Below are positions 39,317 through 49,252 of a stretch of DNA of 64,000 nt, piece after piece. Position 1 is the stretch's first letter. Each line of letters starts with the position of its first letter. Below the pieces are notes generated by a model. It saw only the letters and a program-made list of their open reading frames with translations. It searched no databases and was not told the origin of the DNA. The translations under genes were made by a program, and so were the position numbers. The stretch is from an uncultured Methanomicrobiales archaeon (lineage in GTDB: Archaea > Halobacteriota > Methanomicrobia > Methanomicrobiales > Methanospirillaceae), in contig OY969100.1 of assembly GCA_963697895.1 (NCBI GenBank), positions 864,001 to 928,000 of the forward strand. Reading direction: 5' to 3'.

Positions 39317-42058
39317 ATGCTGGAAGAAGAATATCAGCTCGAATACTTCAAAACAAATGGGTTGCTGCGGAAGTCCTGCAAAAAGTGCGGGGCCGCGTTC
39401 TGGACGAGGGACCCAACCCGTGATATATGCGGCGATGCTCCCTGCGAACCCTATAATTTTATCGCCCACCCGGTCTTCCGGCGTCACAGCGTTGAAGAAA
39501 TGCGTGAAGCCTTTCTCTCTTTCTTCGAACGGAACGGCCACACAAAGATAGAGCGGTACCCCGTCGTTGCCCGCTGGAGGGATGATATATACCTGACAAT
39601 CGCATCGATCGCTGATTTCCAGCCCTTTGTAACCTCCGGGGTCGTTCCCCCGCCGGCAAATCCTCTCACCATCTCGCAGCCCTGTATCCGTCTCAACGAT
39701 CTGGATTCAGTCGGCCGGTCCGGTCGTCATCTGACAGAATTCGAGATGATGGCACATCACGCATTCAATACCGAACACGAAGAGGTGTACTGGAAGGACC
39801 GGACGGTCGAGCTCTGCGACCAGTTCATCGCGTCCATCGGGGGCGACCTGAACCGGGTCTCCTACAAGGAGCACCCGTGGATAGGCGGGGGGAACGCAGG
39901 ACCAAGCCTGGAGGTGCTTATCGGTGGTCTTGAGGTGGCCACCCTCGTATTCATGAACCTCGGGCGGGAGAAGACGGACCAGCCGGGGATCGATATCGGC
40001 GGTGAACGGTACTACCCGATGAAGACCCGGATCGTCGATACCGGGTACGGGCTCGAACGGTTCGTCTGGGCATCACGGGGTTCCCCGACGATCTATGATG
40101 CCGTTTTCCCGGAGATGGTCAGCACCGTGATGGAATCGGCGGGTATGGAACATCTCCTGAACGACCCGGAGTATACGAAGATCCTCGCATTGAATGCGAA
40201 ATTCGCGGGGCTTATGGATATAACGGGAGCGAATCTCTACCAGCTTCGCAAACGGGTTGCCTCGGCGATCGATGTCCCCCTCGAGAAGCTCGACCGGATG
40301 ATCGCACCGATCGAGAAGGTGTATGCGGTCGTCGACCATACCCGGTGCCTCGCCTATATGCTCGGGGACTGCATCGTCCCGTCCAACGTCCGTGAAGGAT
40401 ACCTTGCCCGACTCGTACTCCGGCGGACTCTCCGCATGATGAACGATCTGGGAATGAAGAGCGATATCGGGGATCTCGTCGAGCAGCAGATGCGGATCAT
40501 CGGCACAGGGACATTCCAGCAGGATGTCGTTGTTACCCGCGAGATCATTGCACGGGAGGTGGAGAAGTACGCCCAGACGCTCTCGCGGGGGACGAAAATT
40601 GTCCAGAAGATCGCACGCAGCTACAAGACGAAGAGCCAGCGTGTACCGCTCAAAGAGATCATCACGCTGTATGATTCTCATGGGATCTCCCCAGAGATAA
40701 TCCGCGATGTTGCCGCTGCAGAGGGTGCGGTTATCGAACTGCCGGATAACTTCTACTCGCTGATCGCCGATATGCATTCGGAATCGCGAAAAGAGGAGGT
40801 TCCGGATCGGTTCGGTGGGTATCGTGAACGGATCAGGGGACTGCCGCCGACCCGGAAACTCTATTATGAACAGCCCTGTGATATGGAATTCGATGCGATG
40901 GTGATCGATTCCTTCGACGGGTGGGTCGTCCTCGATCAGACCCTCTTTTATCCGGAAGGAGGGGGACAGCCGTCGGATACCGGGATGCTGATCAGTGCGG
41001 AGAACATGGCCCGGATCGACGAGGTGGTAAAGGAAGACGACGTCGTCATGCATCATATCACCGGAGGGATGCTGAAACGGGGCGAACGCCTGAAAGGCAT
41101 CGTCGATGAAGAGCGGCGCTGGTCGCTGATGCGACACCATACCGCGACCCATCTCCTTCTCCGGGCGGCAAAAGACATCCTGGGTGCCCATATTCATCAG
41201 GCCGGGGCCCAGAAAGGGGTGGAGAGCTCCCGCCTCGATATCCGGCATTTCAAGCATATCACACCGGATGAACAAAGAAAGATCGAGATCGCCGCAAATC
41301 GCATGGTCATGGCCGACCAGCCGGTGGATATCCGGTATGAGGACCGGGTCAGTGCGGAGCAGGAATTCGGGTTCGAACTCTACCAGGGAGGCGTTCCACC
41401 CGGAAGAGATATTCGGATCGTGCATGTCGGCGGGGAGGTAGAGGCATGCGCCGGTACGCACTGCCGTACAACGGGCGAGATCGGGATAATTAAGATCACC
41501 GGCATCGAGCATATTCAGGACGGGATCGAACGGGTTGAGTTCTCCTCCGGGATGGCGGCGATCGAGTATATGCATCGCCTGGAAGGAATCGTTGACCAGG
41601 CAGCGGACGTGGTCTCTGTCCAGCGTGAATACCTTCCGTCGACCGTATCCCGTTTCTTCTCAGAGTGGAAAGACCAGAAGAAAGAGATCGACCGGCTCAG
41701 CCAGAAACTGGTGGAACTGGAGATCCTGCAGATGCACCCGGAACTCGTGAACGGGGTACCGGTCATGGTCCGGCAGATCGATCTTCCTCCCCGCGATCTG
41801 GTCGAGATCGCCGGAAAGGTATCGGAACAGGGAGGGGCGGCCCTTCTCGGCAGAGGTGGCGATCGCGCCCACGTGGTGCTGCTGTCCGGCCACCCGCAGG
41901 TCAATGCCGGGGAGATCATCGGCCAGGTCTGTTCCCTGCTCGGCGGGAAGGGGGGAGGATCCGGCACGATGGCCCAGGGGGGCGGCCCGGAGACCGGTCA
42001 GCTCGAGCTGGCACTGAAAGTCGGGCGGGAACGAATCATCGCGGCTCTCCATGACTGA
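39317..42058 (+). CDS. alaS: Alanine--tRNA ligase (archaeal type)
   Basis: YPVVARWRDD..LTIASIADFQP, GRSGRH, LEVATLVFM, DTGYGLER, editing HTATH...CAGTH, C-terminal GGKGGG. Confidence 0.97.
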   Translation: MLEEEYQLEYFKTNGLLRKSCKKCGAAFWTRDPTRDICGDAPCEPYNFIAHPVFRRHSVEEMREAFLSFFERNGHTKIERYPVVARWRDDIYLTIASIADFQPFVTSGVVPPPANPLTISQPCIRLNDLDSVGRSGRHLTEFEMMAHHAFNTEHEEVYWKDRTVELCDQFIASIGGDLNRVSYKEHPWIGGGNAGPSLEVLIGGLEVATLVFMNLGREKTDQPGIDIGGERYYPMKTRIVDTGYGLERFVWASRGSPTIYDAVFPEMVSTVMESAGMEHLLNDPEYTKILALNAKFAGLMDITGANLYQLRKRVASAIDVPLEKLDRMIAPIEKVYAVVDHTRCLAYMLGDCIVPSNVREGYLARLVLRRTLRMMNDLGMKSDIGDLVEQQMRIIGTGTFQQDVVVTREIIAREVEKYAQTLSRGTKIVQKIARSYKTKSQRVPLKEIITLYDSHGISPEIIRDVAAAEGAVIELPDNFYSLIADMHSESRKEEVPDRFGGYRERIRGLPPTRKLYYEQPCDMEFDAMVIDSFDGWVVLDQTLFYPEGGGQPSDTGMLISAENMARIDEVVKEDDVVMHHITGGMLKRGERLKGIVDEERRWSLMRHHTATHLLLRAAKDILGAHIHQAGAQKGVESSRLDIRHFKHITPDEQRKIEIAANRMVMADQPVDIRYEDRVSAEQEFGFELYQGGVPPGRDIRIVHVGGEVEACAGTHCRTTGEIGIIKITGIEHIQDGIERVEFSSGMAAIEYMHRLEGIVDQAADVVSVQREYLPSTVSRFFSEWKDQKKEIDRLSQKLVELEILQMHPELVNGVPVMVRQIDLPPRDLVEIAGKVSEQGGAALLGRGGDRAHVVLLSGHPQVNAGEIIGQVCSLLGGKGGGSGTMAQGGGPETGQLELALKVGRERIIAALHD

Positions 42059-42791
42059 AGAGGTGATCCTCCTGGAACCGGGCGATGAGCGGGCCCAGAA
42101 GATAGCAAAGGCGATAGCGAGCCCTACCGCGGGGGATATTCTGCAATCCCTGAAGGACGGGCCCAAGACCTCGACGGACCTGACCGACCTGCTCCACCTC
42201 CCGATGAGCACCGTTAAGTACCACATCGAAAATCTCCTCGATGCAGGCATCGTCGAAGTGTCCGAGACCCGTTACAGCGTCAAGGGAAGGGAGGTAAAGG
42301 TGTATACCCTGCGCGATCAGCTCCTCATTGTGGCACCCCGGATGATGAGCATCCGCTCCCTCCTCCTCAAATATGCATCGATATTCGGGGTAATTCTCCT
42401 TGCGACCCTCGTGGTGATCGCGTTGACCCCGCTCTTTTCGCAGACCGCGCCCCCCGGTCAGTACACCGGAGGAGGCGTTCCGGTGACCCCGGTACCCACC
42501 GGGTCCGTGTCGTCGACGGATATGCAGAAAGAGAGCGAAGCGGGCGGAACAAGCGGTGTCACCACCACCGGAACCGGAGAACCGGCGATAACTACGGTGC
42601 CGGGAACGATGGTCCCCACAACGGAAGGAACGAGGGAGCTTACAGGGACCCCTGTGCCCTCGATCCCGGGACCGGTCACTGGTTCGTCTCCGTTCGTCCC
42701 GTTCAGCCCCGGTCTTCTCTTCTTTACGGGGGGCTTACTGGTCCTTGCGGTCGTCATCATCGCCGATGTTGTCGTCCGGTACTGGAAATAA
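42051..42791 (+). CDS. Membrane-anchored ArsR-type wHTH regulator (2 TM)
   Basis: IAKAI.SPTA..IL..L..GP.T...L...L..P..TV.YH..NL..AG......YSVKGREVK.Y, then TM, Thr/Pro/Gly loop, TM. Confidence 0.85.
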   Translation: MTEEVILLEPGDERAQKIAKAIASPTAGDILQSLKDGPKTSTDLTDLLHLPMSTVKYHIENLLDAGIVEVSETRYSVKGREVKVYTLRDQLLIVAPRMMSIRSLLLKYASIFGVILLATLVVIALTPLFSQTAPPGQYTGGGVPVTPVPTGSVSSTDMQKESEAGGTSGVTTTGTGEPAITTVPGTMVPTTEGTRELTGTPVPSIPGPVTGSSPFVPFSPGLLFFTGGLLVLAVVIIADVVVRYWK

Positions 42792-42930
42792 CTCGATGGG
42801 AGGGTATCCTCCCCGTCGCCAAATATTAAAAACAGGGGAAAATTAATTTTTTTTGAGGATCGCTCAGAGCTCTGTCGGTCTCAATCCATATTAAAATTAA
42901 AGAGGAAGGAAAATGGACCGGATAGGTCGG

Positions 42931-43734
42931 TCACTTCTTCCGCCGAAGCCCTGAACCGTATAAGATTCCCATCACACAGAGGGCACCAATTACAACAAAG
43001 ACCGAAAGGGGAACCCGTCCTCCACCCGGCATTGTTATGGGGATCCCGGTGGTCTCCGTGGTCGTCGGCTGTGTGGTGGGAGGGGCCGCTCCGGAGACGG
43101 TAAATTTGTACGTTCCAATGTATCCATCGGGGTCGGAAAACTCGACATAATAATTCCCGGGTTCTGTAACCGCGATGCTTCGGGATATATATCCATCCGT
43201 TGATCCCTGCTGCGCCGTGGTCGAGATGTAACGCGGGCCGAATACGTTGCCACTCGGACCGATGACAGAGAGCTCGATCGAAGTCACCCCTGCCCCCGGA
43301 ATATACGCATTGATCACCAATGCGTCCCCGAGGGTCTGGTTCAGGGGGGAGGTGATATGTACCTCACCCGAGCGATCGATCAGCTGAACCACCCGGATGG
43401 TCACCGACCCGGAGGAGAGCTTTGCAGCAAGATCCGGGCTCAGGACCGCTTCGACCTTGTACTGACCTCCCTCGAGTCCCTTCGTCTCGAACGGCACGGT
43501 AAAGACTTTGGTATCATCTATAACAACGAGCCGTCGTGCGACTTCAGACTGGGTGATCTGCGAACGCGAGAAGATCATGTCGAATTGCGTTCCTGTTGGA
43601 AACGTGGTGTCTCCGGTTACGATCAACGGTGCCCCTGCCTGCAGGGAGTCCGGTGCATAGATATTCAGGACATACGCCTGGGCAGAAGAGATGCAGAGCA
43701 CGATCAGGACCAGGGATAATCCGATCTTATTCAT
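42931..43734 (-). CDS. Secreted Ig-like surface protein with C-terminal TM/basic sorting tail
   Basis: Signal peptide (AQA), beta-rich body, Thr-rich linker, VPLS-TM-RRKK. Confidence 0.8.
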   Translation of the reverse strand: MNKIGLSLVLIVLCISSAQAYVLNIYAPDSLQAGAPLIVTGDTTFPTGTQFDMIFSRSQITQSEVARRLVVIDDTKVFTVPFETKGLEGGQYKVEAVLSPDLAAKLSSGSVTIRVVQLIDRSGEVHITSPLNQTLGDALVINAYIPGAGVTSIELSVIGPSGNVFGPRYISTTAQQGSTDGYISRSIAVTEPGNYYVEFSDPDGYIGTYKFTVSGAAPPTTQPTTTETTGIPITMPGGGRVPLSVFVVIGALCVMGILYGSGLRRKK

Positions 43735-44132
43735 GCAGAAGCTCTGGAGCGGATGGGGTTTATAGATATGGAGCTTTATAAATCGGGGATGGGAAACCTT
43801 TTTTTTATTGCATACATCGGTTATTTCCCTGGTTAATCCGTCTTAAGAAACTACAACGAGTTTTTTTTGCTTCGTCCTTTTCCCTTTCTGCAGCAGCAGG
43901 AAATCGTAATGAAACAATCCCGCTAAACCGCAGAAGTCTTTATCACCAGCCCGGATGAAGATTTGTCAGATAGACCGGTCTCGTTTGGAAAACCTGATCC
44001 AGGTGAATCAATGCAAGTCCTGTTCGTCCGAATGTCTTTCAATCATCCACCGGTTCGAATACCGTTGCGGAAATCAGGGAGTCATTCGAATGTCAGGATG
44101 ATCTTGGAAGCCGGGACCCCTGGAGTGAGCTT

Positions 44133-45086
44133 ATGAATCTGTATGGAAAAATCCTGATGACCATCGGGCTCATTATCGCCGCAATCGTCCTCTGGCTGGT
44201 CTCTCCGCTGTACCCGGGATTATATCTCCCGCAGATCTCCCTGAGCCTGTTTGCCATTTCCATCGGGTATCTCTTCGTCGGAATTCTGCTGGGTGATATC
44301 CTCTTCAGGCGTATTAAGGACGACAAAACGCGGTACTCCCTCAACAAGGTCAGCACGATACTTACCGCGCTGGTAATCCTGCTGCTCCTGTTATGGATAT
44401 GGGTGACCGATCTAACTGCGTTCATCGTCGCACTCGGAGTCATCGGGGCAGGCATTGCGATTGCACTCCAGGATGTCTTTAAAAATTTTGTCGGGGGAAT
44501 CCTCATCCTTGCAAACCGGATGTACGAGGTGGGGGACCGGATCGAGATCGGCGGGGAGATCGGGGATGTTATCGACATCGGGGTGATGAGCACCACGCTC
44601 CTCGAACTCGGGGCATGGGTGCATGGGGATCAGCCGACCGGGAGGGTTACCCTTCTTCCGAACGGGAAGATCCTGACCCAGCAGCTGCACAACTACACGA
44701 AAGATCACAGTTTCATCTGGGACGAGCTGACGATCCCGATCACGTACGCCTCCGATTGGGAACGGGCGAAGGATATCATCCTCACCATCGTCCGCCAGGA
44801 TACCGCGGAGACGACGAAGAGGGCAGAAGCGGATATAGAACGACTGGGCGAAAGATACTATTTCTCGAGACGGGTCGTCGAACCGATGGTCTACATCACC
44901 CCTACCGATAACTGGATCACCTTCAATGTCCGCTATGTCACCCTCGTCCGTGATCGCCGCATATTCCGTGCGAAACTCTATGAGCACATCCTCAGGGAAC
45001 TTCAAAAGGCAGAAGGAATAAGTATCTCGTCATCGACCGTCACCGTTACCGTGGTTAAGCCGCCGGAGAGTCCTGAACAGAAATAA
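44133..45086 (+). CDS. mscS: Small-conductance mechanosensitive channel
   Basis: GAGIAIALQD...NF.GG......Y.VGDRIEIGG..GDV.DI...T, LPN. Confidence 0.9.
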   Translation: MNLYGKILMTIGLIIAAIVLWLVSPLYPGLYLPQISLSLFAISIGYLFVGILLGDILFRRIKDDKTRYSLNKVSTILTALVILLLLLWIWVTDLTAFIVALGVIGAGIAIALQDVFKNFVGGILILANRMYEVGDRIEIGGEIGDVIDIGVMSTTLLELGAWVHGDQPTGRVTLLPNGKILTQQLHNYTKDHSFIWDELTIPITYASDWERAKDIILTIVRQDTAETTKRAEADIERLGERYYFSRRVVEPMVYITPTDNWITFNVRYVTLVRDRRIFRAKLYEHILRELQKAEGISISSSTVTVTVVKPPESPEQK

Positions 45087-45168
45087 GATCCGGGCTGAAG
45101 ACATCCCCGTAACTTCCGGGAAGTATCCCCTGTCAGTTCTCGGCGCAGGGGAGAAACGATCCTGAGCT

Positions 45169-45774
45169 TCATGTGAGTTCGATGAAGTTCCGGAGGAGCC
45201 GAAGACCAGAGGGGCCGCTCTTTTCCGGGTGGAACTGGACGCCATAGACCGTTCCACTTGAGATCACCGAGGAAAACCGGCAGATATAGTCCGTTGTCGC
45301 GAGGGAGTGCTCCGGCACTGTATCCGCATAGAAAGAATGGACAAAGTAGAAATAAGACCCGCTCGTAAGTCCGGTGAAGAGAGGGTCATCGGGTTGTTCC
45401 AGCACGACCGCGTTCCAGCCCATGTGAGGTACCTTGAATCCCGGGACCCTGGGAAAACTCCTGACCATCCCGGGGATTAAAGAACAACCGCGGTGAAGAC
45501 CGTGTTCCTCGCTCCATTCCATGAGCATCTGCATGCCGAGACAGATGCCCAGCACGGGCGTTCTCCGGCTTACTTCATGAAGGGCTGACTCAAGGGCTCC
45601 CAGTTGCTCCATTCCTTCATGGAATGCGCCTACTCCCGGCAGAATGATCCCGTCGGCCGACCCGATTACGGCAGGATCGCTGCTGATCTCCGTGCAGGCA
45701 CCCGCCCGCTCCAGTCCGCGGAGGACACTCCGGAGATTACCCAGCCCATAATCAACAATTACTATCCGTTTCAT
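45169..45774 (-). CDS. hisH: Imidazole glycerol phosphate synthase glutaminase subunit
   Basis: DYGLGNL.S, LPGVGAF, LGICLGMQ, PHMGWN, YFVHSF, QFHPEKS. Confidence 0.96.
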   Translation of the reverse strand: MKRIVIVDYGLGNLRSVLRGLERAGACTEISSDPAVIGSADGIILPGVGAFHEGMEQLGALESALHEVSRRTPVLGICLGMQMLMEWSEEHGLHRGCSLIPGMVRSFPRVPGFKVPHMGWNAVVLEQPDDPLFTGLTSGSYFYFVHSFYADTVPEHSLATTDYICRFSSVISSGTVYGVQFHPEKSGPSGLRLLRNFIELT

Positions 45775-47161
45775 CTGTACACGATCCCTTTATTCTCCAT
45801 CGTTCTTCGGTTACCCATTCGGCCGGGAGCTGATGGGAAGCACCCCATACTCTCAATGCTTCACCCCAGTACTCCCAGAGAACCGGGTAGCGCGCCTGGA
45901 TCATTCTGATAACGGCAATATCACTCGACGGGCACATAAAACACCCGATCCGGTCGAGACCGTTCTCATAGAGGACGTTATAGGGAGCATTCTCCCGGAA
46001 AAGGTACAGCCACACGTGAAGTGCCGTCCAGTGCTGTATCGGAGCGGCAGATACCTGATTCCGGACATGCGGGTTCTGCCACACCCGCCGGCTCTGCATC
46101 CGGCGGAACGATTCGTATTTTCGCTGGCCGATGAACGAGACGCATCTGCCCCACTCCCGGTGAATCGTCTCAGAGACCGGAGTCAGTTTGCAGACGCGGC
46201 AACACCAGCGTGCATCTACGGCGGGGGGTCCTTCGCGGGAAAACCGCTCCCAGAACGCCGCCTCCCCGGATGCCCGCACGACCGGCAGATCGTACCGGGT
46301 CGCCACTGTCTCGACGTTTTCAGAGGTCTCCGGGAATTCGAGACCGGTATCGGCGAAGAGGAGCGGTACACGGCCGAGCGCCTTCAGCACCACCAGGAGC
46401 GTGGCCAGGCTGTCTTTCCCTCCGGAATAGGAGACATTGACCGGCAGCCGGTACTGGTCGGCAACATCCTTCACGAACCGGACCGATGCTTTCTCCGTCT
46501 CGTCCAGAACCGTTGCATTCGCCCTGACCGCGTCAGCCCAGGTGGCATCTCCCGGAACCAGCCGGGAGATAACATTCTTCCGCGTACGGATGATCGCCCC
46601 CCGCGCCATTCCCTCTGCCACCGCGGCACTGACCTTTGCCCTGCCGACACCCGCGCACGTTCGTTCCGGGTCGAGTATGAAGACCTCGTCTCCCTTCCGC
46701 ACGCCCGGGTCGATCGCGAGGAGACCGGGTGCCAGTACACTCGCACCCTCGTTACGGATCGAGGCGACCGCCCCGGGGTCGACGATAACGAACCCGCGTT
46801 CAGGCCGGATCAGGGCCGCTGCTTCCGGCCGCGGGATTGGCTCCCACCGTTCTTCGTCTGCGATGAAACGGATGGATCCGATGACCGCACCACCGACAAC
46901 GATCTCTTCCATCCGGTCCCGGTCGGGGACTTTGTTGAGGAGGACGAGGGAATGCCCGGGAAGGAGCTGTGCTCCGTATGCTTCCTCGTAGATCCGGTTG
47001 ACATGAGCGATATCGGACGGGAACGCGGGACGTGCATCACCGGGAGGAGTTACCGGGACGGGACGTGTAGACGCCCCACACGAACAATGCCCGGATAATA
47101 CCGGTGTATGGCAGTGATCGCACCACCGGAGGAGCGGTTTGCCGGGATAGGGGGGACGCAT
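45752..47161 (-). CDS. PAPS-reductase-family PP-loop protein with N-terminal Cys cluster and PUA domain
   Basis: WCDHC..P....C.CG, PUA (VDPGAV....GASVLAPG.....GDEV), SYSGGKDS, DTGLEFPET, RWCC..CKL.P, GQR.YES..R, RIGCFMCP. Confidence 0.88.
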   Translation of the reverse strand: MRPPYPGKPLLRWCDHCHTPVLSGHCSCGASTRPVPVTPPGDARPAFPSDIAHVNRIYEEAYGAQLLPGHSLVLLNKVPDRDRMEEIVVGGAVIGSIRFIADEERWEPIPRPEAAALIRPERGFVIVDPGAVASIRNEGASVLAPGLLAIDPGVRKGDEVFILDPERTCAGVGRAKVSAAVAEGMARGAIIRTRKNVISRLVPGDATWADAVRANATVLDETEKASVRFVKDVADQYRLPVNVSYSGGKDSLATLLVVLKALGRVPLLFADTGLEFPETSENVETVATRYDLPVVRASGEAAFWERFSREGPPAVDARWCCRVCKLTPVSETIHREWGRCVSFIGQRKYESFRRMQSRRVWQNPHVRNQVSAAPIQHWTALHVWLYLFRENAPYNVLYENGLDRIGCFMCPSSDIAVIRMIQARYPVLWEYWGEALRVWGASHQLPAEWVTEERWRIKGSCTDETDSNC

Positions 47162-47359
47162 CAGGGTACTATCTGATAATCCCCGGATAAATAATCCTGC
47201 ATTCCGGTGAGCAGATTTTTAACTGACCTCGTGACAGAGGAATCATCAGGCGATCTATCCTGTTTAGTCCTCACGTTCTCCCAAAAAGGGGTCTTCCTCC
47301 CTGCCAGAGGCGCGGGACTTTAGTCCCTTCGCGGAGATACCTGGACCCGCTTTATCATC

Positions 47360-48589
47360 CTAGTCCTGCGATATTACTGGTTGCCCGTTTACCGGGGTTT
47401 CTCCCTTGTAAAGCCAGTTTCTGAAGAGGATAGGGGTGACGATGGTGGTAAGCAGGCTCATCAGGACAAGGGAGACGTACAGACCCTGGTCGATATACGC
47501 CTCGGTCAGGCCGATGAGTGCAACGATCATGGCCACCTCGCCCCGGGGTGACATCCCAAACCCGATGATAAGGGAATCCCTTCGAGCCCATCCCAGTAAT
47601 TTGGCCGGAATGCCGCATCCGATCACCTTGGTAAGGATCGCTACAACCGTGATCACCACGAGGAACAGGATGATCTCCGGGGTAAGGGTCCTGAAATCCG
47701 CAAGCACGCCGAGAGAGACGAAAAAGATCGCGGCAAATATGACCTGGAGATACTCCGCCCCCTCGCGGATATCCCTGCTGTGCACGAGACAGACCTCGCA
47801 GAACGAGACGCCCGCGATGAATGCACCGACGATTGCAGAGAGCCCGACGAGTTCGGCCATGAAAGCGTAGAAGAACGCGACCATCAAGGCGCTCATGAAG
47901 ACAAATTCAGGATATTTCTGTGCCAGGGGAGTTTTATCGATCTTAATGAGCACTTTGCTGATAACAAAATAACCGATCGCACCCCCGATCCCGATAAATG
48001 CGATCGCCTTGATCACCACCAGGGCGACCGACGCGATTGAAAGAACACCCGAGACGACGTCTCCCGTGATGGAGAGCGCGATCAGGCCGAGGACATCGTC
48101 GATCACGGCAGCACCGATGATCGCCTTGGCGGCTTCTGTCTGGAGCTTTCCCATCTCCTGGAGCACATTTGCAGTTATCGCGATACTGGTCGCAGTAAGA
48201 GCCGTCCCCACAAAAATGGCGCTTACGGTATTATAGCCGAAGAGGACCGAAACACCGTATCCCCCGATCCAGGGGACAATCACCCCGAGGAGGGCTATGA
48301 TCCCGTACCGAATATCGAGGAGATCCTTGGGATTGAATTCAAACCCGATCACGAAGAGGAGGATCACTGCACCGATGAGGGCCAGGCCCTGCACAAAATC
48401 GGTATACGTGATGAGTCCGAGTACGCTTGGTCCCACAATAATACCGACGAGGATCTCCCCGATCACCGCAGACTGATTGAGCCGTGATGCAATGAGATAT
48501 CCGGCAAGCGCAACGAAAAGGAGCAGGCTCATCTGGAAAACGATCGAAGCGGTCACTCCTTCCATGTCCAAAGAACAGGTACCGATCAT
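47360..48589 (-). CDS. CPA2 cation:proton antiporter (NapA/Kef-like)
   Basis: GEILVGII.GP, LLF.IG.E, LTATSIAIT, GAAVIDD, GAFIAG, PRGEVA. Confidence 0.92.
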   Translation of the reverse strand: MIGTCSLDMEGVTASIVFQMSLLLFVALAGYLIASRLNQSAVIGEILVGIIVGPSVLGLITYTDFVQGLALIGAVILLFVIGFEFNPKDLLDIRYGIIALLGVIVPWIGGYGVSVLFGYNTVSAIFVGTALTATSIAITANVLQEMGKLQTEAAKAIIGAAVIDDVLGLIALSITGDVVSGVLSIASVALVVIKAIAFIGIGGAIGYFVISKVLIKIDKTPLAQKYPEFVFMSALMVAFFYAFMAELVGLSAIVGAFIAGVSFCEVCLVHSRDIREGAEYLQVIFAAIFFVSLGVLADFRTLTPEIILFLVVITVVAILTKVIGCGIPAKLLGWARRDSLIIGFGMSPRGEVAMIVALIGLTEAYIDQGLYVSLVLMSLLTTIVTPILFRNWLYKGETPVNGQPVISQD

Positions 48590-48933
48590 ATAAAAACGTC
48601 GCGATTTTTAAGGGATTTGTCCTGGGTATGATCGGAAAATCACTGCCTGTTCATAAAGGCCATAATGATACCCGGCTCTCCGGTTATTTCAACCGTGCGC
48701 GCCAATATATCTTTGAAATTCGGTAAGAACCTATTTTTTTTGATTAAACAGGGAATTATCAAATTTAAACGTTTATTTTGTGGCCTTCGTTCTGCGTAGT
48801 TCTTTGGACCACACCTCGATTTTAAATCAGATTCTATCGACACGGGGGGCAAAACGGGCAGATTGAGCGCAATGTTTTTATTCTAAAAATAGCATAAGCT
48901 TTTTAACCCTATCCGGTGGGAGGTGTATTGCTT

Positions 48934-49017
48934 ATGGCAGAAAAGAAGAAGACCGCGGCAAAAAAGCCTGAAGCAAAGAAACCTGCGGCGAAGAAGCCGG
49001 CAGCGAAGAAGAAATAA
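48934..49017 (+). CDS. 27-aa Lys/Ala/Pro-rich histone-H1-like microprotein (MAEKKKTAAKKPEAKKPAAKKPAAKKK)
   Basis: TTTTAA box at about 48901, GGAGGTG RBS at 48919-48925, ATG 48934, TAA 49015-49017, downstream CCC-T-rich-GGGG element; the amino-acid repeat is encoded by synonymously varied codons. Confidence 0.8.
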   Translation: MAEKKKTAAKKPEAKKPAAKKPAAKKK

Positions 49018-49252
49018 AGCTGCAACAGCACCTATCCCTTTTTCTTCGGGGATCGTCCTGATCTCCGAATAATATCGTTTTCCCTCCATATCCTCTTCTC
49101 TGACCAATCCCATCCTTTACACAGGGTATTTCATTCCGGCCGAAAAACCTGTCATGCCAAAAATCGATGCCGTCAGGGAAAGCATCATTACCCATGAGGG
49201 ATGAAAAAATGGTCATCCGGGGTTTTAACGATCCCCAATTCGTGCTAAGAAC

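Noticed and set aside
40073-41575. 500-aa antisense ORF inside alaS
   Set aside because: Antisense shadow of a well-supported gene
45833-47098. 421-aa + strand ORF opposite the PUA/PP-loop gene
   Set aside because: Arg/Pro-rich non-protein-like composition; shadow ORF
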